A stretch of 64,000 bases of DNA from Antedon mediterranea (taxonomy: Eukaryota; Animalia; Echinodermata), in contig NC_092671.1 in NCBI RefSeq assembly GCF_964355755.1, positions 34,544,304 through 34,608,303 of the forward strand, written 5' to 3'. Positions 52,301 through 61,300 of the stretch are shown here, piece after piece. The notes beneath the pieces were generated by a model. That model saw only the letters and a program-made list of their open reading frames with translations, searched no databases and had not been told where the DNA came from. A program made the position numbers and the translations under genes. Position 1 is the stretch's first letter. Every line of letters starts with the position of its first letter.

Positions 52301-55300
52301 TATTGAAGTATCTCATCGAATCGGTCCTATTACTGAAAAGCCTAGGCCAATAATTGTTCGGTTCAATTCAATCAGGACCCGTAACAATGTGTTTGCAGCC
52401 AAATCCAAACTGAAGGGTATGCCGGTTTATATCTCGGAAGACCTAACAAAAGCAAATTTCAATCTCTTTTGGAAGGTAAGACACCATGATGGAGTTCAAC
52501 GTGCCTGGACTAACAGATGCAAGATATGGGCCCTGTGTAAAGGTGAAGAAAAACCCAAGCATATCAAGAATGAAAATGATTTTGAACGACTGATTGCTGA
52601 ACATTAAGAACGTTTAGACTGTGCGGTGTCATTAACAGTACGTTTCTTACCGACGGAATTTGACCATTATTTGTTGATTTTAGATAGCAAAAACGTGTTC
52701 TCTTGTTTTTATTTCAATGTTTACTATGTTCGTTTGGCTAAGTGTTCTCATATGTGCTAGCGTTTTTAAAGTGAGTACTTTACTTATTTTTTTTACTGAT
52801 AATGGATAATTTATTTATCATAAATTTGGGGCGTAATAATGTTCTAATGTGCATGCTTTTAATGTGCGGCGATATACATCCAAATCCTGGTCCGGAACAG
52901 TTTACAGTTTGCCATATTAACATACGTAGTCTAATCGTTCCAGGTAAACTAGCTGAAATTCAACACCTAGCAAATTTAAATAACTATGATATTATTGCTT
53001 TAACAGAAACATGGCTAGATCAAACTATCTTGAACCATGACATTTTACTAGACGGTTATCAAGAACCTATTAGAAATGATAGAAACCGCCATGGCGGCGG
53101 ATGTGCTTTTTACATATCTAATTCTATACACTTAGTTAATTCCCATATTTGTAATGATCTCTTGTCAGATGTGATAAGGTGTGAAATACAAGTTTCAAAC
53201 TGGACGATTTTGACTTATGTATGTTATAGGCCACCACAAAGTGATGTTCAATCTGATCAGGATCTACTTGACTATTTTCAAAACAGTACTAATAACTTTG
53301 TTTTGTCTCGACACAGCTTAACTTTAATGATGGGCGATATGAATGCTCAAAATAACAACTGGTACAATGATGGAAACACAAATAGATTTGGAAAATCATT
53401 TTACGAATTTTTACAACAAAACGGTTTAACTCAACACATCAATATGCCAACACGTTGTATAAAAGACCAACGGTCTTGTATTGACCATATAGTTACTAGT
53501 CAAAATGTATATATTAATGATTTTGGTGCATTGTGCCCACTTTTAAATTGTGATCACAGTCCAGTATATGCAAATATTGATATTCGTATCACACGGGACA
53601 AGCCATACAATCGTAAAATATATCTTTTTGAAAAAACTGATTTTAATTTATATCGTAATGCTCTTAATTCTGTAAATTGGGAAAAAGTTTATTCATCTTC
53701 AAAGGTTGAAGATGTTTGTCATAATTGGATTGACTTATTTAATAATTGTGTTGATAACTATATTATATCTAAAATTATAACTGTGCGTCCTAATGACAAG
53801 CCTTGGATTAATGCGCATATTAGAACTCTTATTCGCAAAAGAAATCGCGCCCATTCCACTCGAAATAACTCAAATTCGCATATGCAACGTTTTAAGAAAA
53901 TTCGCGCAAAAGTTGTTAAAGCAATAAGAAAAGCTAAACAAACTTTTTTGGATAAACAATTTGATTTATTAATGAATAAAAACTGTGATTCAAAAACTTG
54001 GTGGTCTACCATAAATTCAGTTTGTAATTCCAAACAATATTATAAGATTCCTCCAATCAAATTAAACGATGATGTCCTAACTTTAAATAGTGAGAAAGTT
54101 AAAGCGTTTAACAATTATTTTAAATCTCAATCGTTTATTCCTAATCATGATGATTTTCCTTCGGACTTCACATAGGGCCTGTTCGTAGGGGTTGAAAATA
54201 CCAGCTTATTCCCGATTTCCGTTCGCGTGGCCCAATTAACTTTTGCCTCAGGCTACAAAAAATTCGAGGTAAAATGTTCACCAAATTTGCAGGTTATTTC
54301 AGCGATAATCCAATTATACTCGGCCTTCGAGGATAATAAATCTCCGATAGAGGCAATGTGTCAAATTTTGACAAACGTTCGCTGCCTAGGCCCGTCATTT
54401 CTCCTACGAAGCTCTTCCATACACGCTTCGAGAGCGATCGTCAGCTGGTGCTGTCCTTGTTGGTGTAGACCGTTTAGGAATACACCCCGTTTAGTAGTAG
54501 GCCTAGCTGGTCGGTGGTGTTTCCGTCGTGTAACATTGGGCTCAAATTCTTCGTCAATGAGTAAAATAATGGTCGTCAGGAGAAGGCATATTTCGGCAGG
54601 ATTATCGGCGTTAAGAGGCATAAGGTTTGTCGCAAGGATAAGCAGTGTAAAAGGTAGCAAGTAATTGTTATTGTAAAGAAAGATCGCGAGTAAAAAATAT
54701 ACAACACGAAACTAGCGTGCAAAAATGGGGTCGTAGGTTGTAAAGACAACTGACCTTAAAACGTAATTTCCGGTTTGTGATTCGTCGATTAAGCATTTAA
54801 GCGGTTAAATATTTCAAGTACGAACAACGCTCAATTTATAACCCGAGGCATGGGTGAAATTAAGCGCTTATTTTAACCACCGTACGAACACGACCATATA
54901 GAACTGCATCGAGACTCTCAACTCTCAAATTATCTGTTGATGAGATCATGAAATTATTAACTATGCTGGATAAAAACAAGGCGATGGGACCTGATGAAAT
55001 TCACAGTATCATACTAATAGAATCTGCTGAAATTATTGCACCCCATTTGACAAAGCTTTATAACTTCTGCATAAGCCAAGGATATTTTCCTGTGGAATGG
55101 AAAAAATCAAATGTCATTCCTCTGCATAAAAAAGGCAATAAATCCCTTATTGAGAACTACCGCCCTATATCCATACTTTCCAACTTTGCAAAAATTTTTG
55201 AGCGTGCAGTTTTTGATATAGTATATAAATACTTTGTGGATAATAAACTTCTTACTCAATTCCAATCTGGTTTTACACCAGGTGACTCGACAACGTATCA

Positions 55301-58300
55301 ACTTCTTTATCTTATAGATACATTTAATAGAGCTTTAGATTTAAGGAAAGAAGTAATCTCGGTATTTTTGGATATTTCCAAAGCCTTCGATAAAGTTTGG
55401 CATAATGGGATTATATACAAATTAAATCAATATGGAATTAATGGCACTCTTCTAAAATGGTTCCAAAGTTACTTAAACTCACGTGAGCAACGTGTTATTA
55501 TTGAAGGAACTACCAGTCCTTGGGTGACCATTACAGCAGGAGTACCCCAAGGATCTGTTTTGGGTCCATTTTTATTTATTGTATTCATAAATGATATGGT
55601 TGATAATATCAAATCTAATATTAGTTTATATGCAGATGATACTTCGTTATATGATATTTGTACAGATCGTAATATTTCAGAACAAAAATTAAATGGTGAT
55701 CTTAATGTCATTTATAATTGGGCAAAAAATGGAAAGTAACATTCAATGCTAACAAAACGAAAGCTATACTGTTTACACGTAAACATTTAGATAACTATGT
55801 TAGTTTAAATTTCAATAATGTAAATCTACAATTTGTAAATGATCATAGGCATCTTGGTGTAATGCTTAATGCAAAACTCAAGTGGGATTCCCATATCCAA
55901 TCTGTAATTAACAAAGCGTCTTTATCTTTAAATATGCTACGTCGTGTCAAACATATTCTACCTCGACAGGCTCTCTGTCACATTTACATATCACACGTTA
56001 GACCATTAATGGAATATGCAGCTCCTGTTTGGTGTAATATTCCAGTTAAATTAAGTGATGAACTAGAAAATATCCAGATTTCTGCAGGTAGAATATGTAC
56101 TGGTGCGTGGAAACATACAAGTCATAATGCATTAAGACAAGAATTAGGCTGGTTATCATTGGAAAAACGTAGACAATTTCTTAACCTAATACTGTTTTTT
56201 AAAATTATTCATAAGTTAACACCAGTGTATCTTTACTCCTTATTTAATTTTTCTGACAATATTGAAGTTTATAACTTGCGTAACATCCGAAATATAATAA
56301 TTCCATTTTGTAAGACCACATCATATCGTTTATCTTTTGTCCCATCTATTATAACACATTGGAATGAGTTAAATAATGAAATAAAAAATTCCTCATTTCT
56401 TGTTGAGTTTAAAAAATTGCTACTGAAATCCAATTTGTTTGAAACAAAAAAACGTTCTTATTATGATACAGGTGATAAGAAGATTAACCAAATTCACACT
56501 AGAATCCGACTTGGTTTCAGCTGTCTCAATTCGCATTTATTCTTACATGGACTTCGGGACAATCCAAATTGTACTTGTGGCTTTAATGTTGAGAATCCGC
56601 TTCATTTCTTATGTTACTGCCCTAATTATAATACACAAAGAGATATTCTACTTGTAAGCGCTAACTCAATTATTGAGGATATCTTAGCCAAGGATTTTTC
56701 TTTAACATTTAATTTTACATTTTTAAGTGAAATTTTTATTTTTGGTTCCGATCTTCTTTCGAATTGTGAAAATGCTTTATTATTTTATTATGTACAACAA
56801 TTTCTTGTTAATTCTGGAAGATTTAATTGATGTTTCTGTTAGTTATTTTAAAATGTTGTATTTGTTAATCTGAGGCGCCTTGAAGCTAAGATGGTTCCAT
56901 CTTGTAAGGCGCCTCTGTGTAATATACTGAATAAAAAAAAAAAAAAATAAATAAAATTACAATTACACAAATAAGTTTAACAATAGAGAAAAAACAACCT
57001 GCATGAAAAGTTTGGGGATAGGGGGGCTTATACCAGAGTTAGTTATTGTTACTGGTTCTGTGAACAGGTGTGGTCAAACGTAGGTCACTTTATAATTGAA
57101 ACATTTTACCAGAGTTAGTACAGTACTATATTCTTTATTTTGTAAAATGGTCATCATAAGATATACTGTAATAACAATAGGGGTGAGGTACTGTATAACT
57201 TTCTTTGGTACTGTAAATATAATTATTTTGTTTTTAAAATGTCGAACTAAATACAGTATTGCTACATACATTATTATTCATCAACAACCGATTTGATTAT
57301 AACATTTTCCCTCACTCACCCATTTTTTTTTATTGAATTTTTGATATAATAAATATTTATTTAAAGCGACTTACTTGGGTCTTGTCTTAACTCATGAACA
57401 ATGTGGATGTCCATTGGACGATGTATGGTACCTCCGACCTGAGTGTAGTTTCCGCCAAGCAGTTTATCAACTTTGTTAATAGTTTTTGTGTTCCAATCGG
57501 TCCAATAAAGTGTTTCTTCAAAAACAGTTATGGCAAATGGATGACTTACGAACGTTGACAGCAATCTAATGTCAGTTCCATCCATGTTTGAGTACCTGCA
57601 AGAATTATTTTTTAATAAAAAATTTAATAATTATGATAACTTGTTTTAAAGATTTGCATTGAGCGGAATACATGATCCACTATTTCATACGAATACGAAT
57701 ACGAATAGAACTTTATTGCAATCAATCGAAAGATTGAAGTTTAACAAAAGCATTTCACTCAAAAAAATAAAATGCAATACAAAAATATAAAAAACATTTA
57801 GAAAGGTAGAACATACAATCAAAATATTAAAACAAAATTACAATTAAATATCACTTATTATAAAAACAATAAATATATATTCAAAATGTTAAACAACAAG
57901 TTTAACTGAAAACATCAGAATATCGATATAGTTTCGATCTGTTTCATTATGGTTTTTTTTTTTATTTAAAAAAAGTTAATACATTTCTAACAACAAGCTC
58001 CATTAATGAATGGATAAACAATATCATATCTACAAACTACGTCTCACTTGAGGCTTAAATTAAAGAGTGGATTAGTTTAACAGTCAGGAGTAATACAACA
58101 CTGACACTAGGTCAGGATTGAACCCCGGACTTTGGGATTGGAATACACACACAGTACCACATTTCAAAACACACAGCAAACTTCATGAGCAATAAGATGA
58201 GAACTTAATATATAGACAAATCTTGTATTAAGCTTAAAGGACTAATTTGCATTTTAAAACTGTCAAAACTAGTGACCTACCCAATGTGGTTAAGATGGGC

Positions 58301-61300
58301 ATCGACCCAGTAGAGCTTATTTGTTGTGTAGCAGATGGTGAGACCATTAGGCCATACAAGCTTGTCAGAGTGGATTTCAGTTGCGTTGCTACCATCCATA
58401 CCTATTTTACCAATGTAACTGCTCAATCCCCAATCTGTCCAGTAAACGTGTCTGAAATACAATAATATACAAATAATTGAGTTGACTAGCGAGAATGAAT
58501 AGAAAAGACCAATTTTTTAACAAAATAAAACATTCTTATCATTCAAATTAAACACAAAGTTATGTTTTGTATTAGATCTTGGTAAAGTTCTATGTGGGGT
58601 AAAGCGTGAGGCATATCTATTTATATCCCTGGACAGAATAGCTAAATGAATCTTACCCATTCTTTGGATCAACAACAACAGCTCTGGGTGAAAAGAGGCC
58701 TTCTCGTCGTAGCGTTTTCCTTATCGAACCATCCAATTCTGCAACCTCTAGTACGTCTTGAGCTTGATCTACCCAGTAAACTTTCCTTCCAACCCAGTCA
58801 ATTGCTAAGCCTTCTACGTTACCTACGTATTGATCCAAAATAGTATCAATTTCACCGCTACCATCCATATTCATACGATACATCTTATCTGCTGAAACGT
58901 CGGCAAAGTAAATCCTGCCCTCTGTCAAATCGTAATCTAAGGCCACTAAATTTTCAAAGCCATCTCTTACAAGACTTTCCACATGTGCATCGACTGTGAT
59001 GTTACGGATATAGTAACGGTTGCTAAACAATAAGTATGGGTCACCACCTGAAATTGAAATATGATACATGCACTAATAAAACATTGTTCAGTTCAGTATA
59101 CCTGAATGTAAATTCAGTTTACCTGTATGTAAATTAAGTTTACCTGTATGTAAATTCAGTTTACTCATATGTAAATTAGTTTACCTGTATGTAAATTAGT
59201 TTACCTGTATGTAAATTATTTAACTGTATGTAAATTAAGTTTACCTGTATGTAAATTCAGTTTACCTGTATGTAAATTCAATTTACCTGTATGTAAATTA
59301 TTTAACTGTATGTAAATTCAGTTTACCTGTATGTAAATTCAGTTTACCTGTACGTAAATTTAGTTTACCTAGTTGTTCAATACTACAACAAACACTTACC
59401 AGTTATGTGTTTACATTTGGCACCATTATCTTCAGATGCATATCCATCGACACATCCGCAAATGTAACTTCCTATAGCATTGGTACACTCCTGACTACAA
59501 ACCCATGGAGTCTCAACACATTCATTAATATCTGTAAATAAACAAGTCACGGTCACTAGATATTTAAACATATGTATGTCAAATTAGTTATTTCTATATA
59601 TATTTATATAAGTCTATTACCTATGAGAATTTTCAATACAATTGTCAATATTTTCATGTTCAATTAATTAAAAAGGAAATGTATATGCAAGCACATTACA
59701 TTAAATTACTTACCACATATTAAGAGGACACTTTGTGAGGTCCTGAAGTTATCGCACTAATAGAGATTCTACTTTAATTATTTTAAAGGAGGAGAGAGGG
59801 TGAGGGGGTCAACATCAATGCTATGTACATATGCTGAATTACTTACCATCGCAAGCCTTCCCATCAGCTGCAAGTCTGTACCCGTCTCTGCAAACACACA
59901 TGTAACTTGTTGGTAGATCAACGCAGTCCTGTGCACACTGACTGGCTAATGGATTATCACACTCATTGATATCTGTAAAATAATATTGTAATTATTATAT
60001 TATGTGCTTTATTTTTTTCAACCTTTCTCAAATGTTGTTTCCTCAAATGGCCAAAGCCAGCATGAGGCAGACGAGGCTTCCTTTTAAATACAATTCACTT
60101 TTTGATGTTTCTGATATTGATAATTTTTGTAACAATTTTATTATATGATTAGTTTTTTGTAAGGTTTTGGCTTTGAATCGTAAGTCAGATATCAAATTAT
60201 TGATCATATTACAATCAAGCTCTCTATAAGCATTTTTCTGTCCTGATTTCATAAAAGATAATTATTTACTCACCACAATGTGCTTCATCAGATTGGTCAG
60301 GACAATCGTAAAGCCTGTTGCAAACTAATGCATCATTGATACAGGTCAGATCAGTGCATAAGAACTGTCCAGACAGACAACTTGGTGCATCAGTAGCTGA
60401 GGGTAACAATAATGATTGCAGATTTTTTCACTTAAAGTTAGCATTATTACATGTAGAATGCTTATTATAGTGGGTGCCATATTTATAGTAGTGTGGGTGG
60501 CCGGCAACAATGAGAATCTTAAATGAATATTGGCCGCCATCATTTAGCTTTTTCAAATCAACTTGATTCAATGGGTAAATTATAAGGACTTCATATCATG
60601 TTAAGTTGCAGGTAAACCTGGATCCGTGTGCTTATTTTCCAAATGGTCACCAGATAGGTAAGGCATTTTCTCCATTTTTCATGATGGGCTAGAGTATCTA
60701 AGCTATGATTTTAATGTGTGTTTATTATTTCTAAAGCACTGTCTACACTATCAAACTAGTTTGAAGTGTGATGTGTCCAAATACGGTAGTGATGTGCCCA
60801 ATTATGGTAGTGATGTACAAAAATATGGTAGTGATATGCCCAATTGGCACACACATTTTTGTCACATAAAGTTTGATAGTGTGGACAGAGCTTTAGCCAT
60901 CATTTGTCAATATTTTGTAAAAGTGGGGCGGGGCACATGGAACGTAGCCTTAGTCCCCACCCCTCCCCCTGGATCTTCCCCTGTCTTTTTAATATAGCAA
61001 ATATTGGTTCCTTACTACAATCAGATTCATCACTTCCATCTCTACAGTCATCATATTCATCACACTTCCAAATTTGAGTAATGCAGCGACCATTATTACA
61101 CGTAAACTCACTACTTCCACATGTTCCATAATCTAGGTAGTAAAAATAATTATTTGTTATTTATAAATTCGCAATTTAATTTAATATTTAATAATAAAAT
61201 TATTAATAAAATAATTACTAAAACTATCAATATACTGGTCTAGAAGAAAATAAATTCTTTTTATACAAATAAAAAACAAAATTGATTGTTCCTATCATTG

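Larger units (their letters stand above)
51627..56948 (+). mobile_element. Full-length non-LTR retrotransposon (CR1/L2-group LINE), antisense in an LRP2 intron
   Basis: 12-bp TSD AAATAAAATTAC at 51615-51626 and 56949-56960; 411-bp 5' UTR, ORF1, ORF2 (APE+RT), 3' stem-loop, AATAAA and A-rich tail. Confidence 0.93.

Noticed and set aside
53758-55711. Minus-strand ORFs of 64-91 aa within the LINE
   Set aside because: Antisense shadows of ORF2 with no independent signal.
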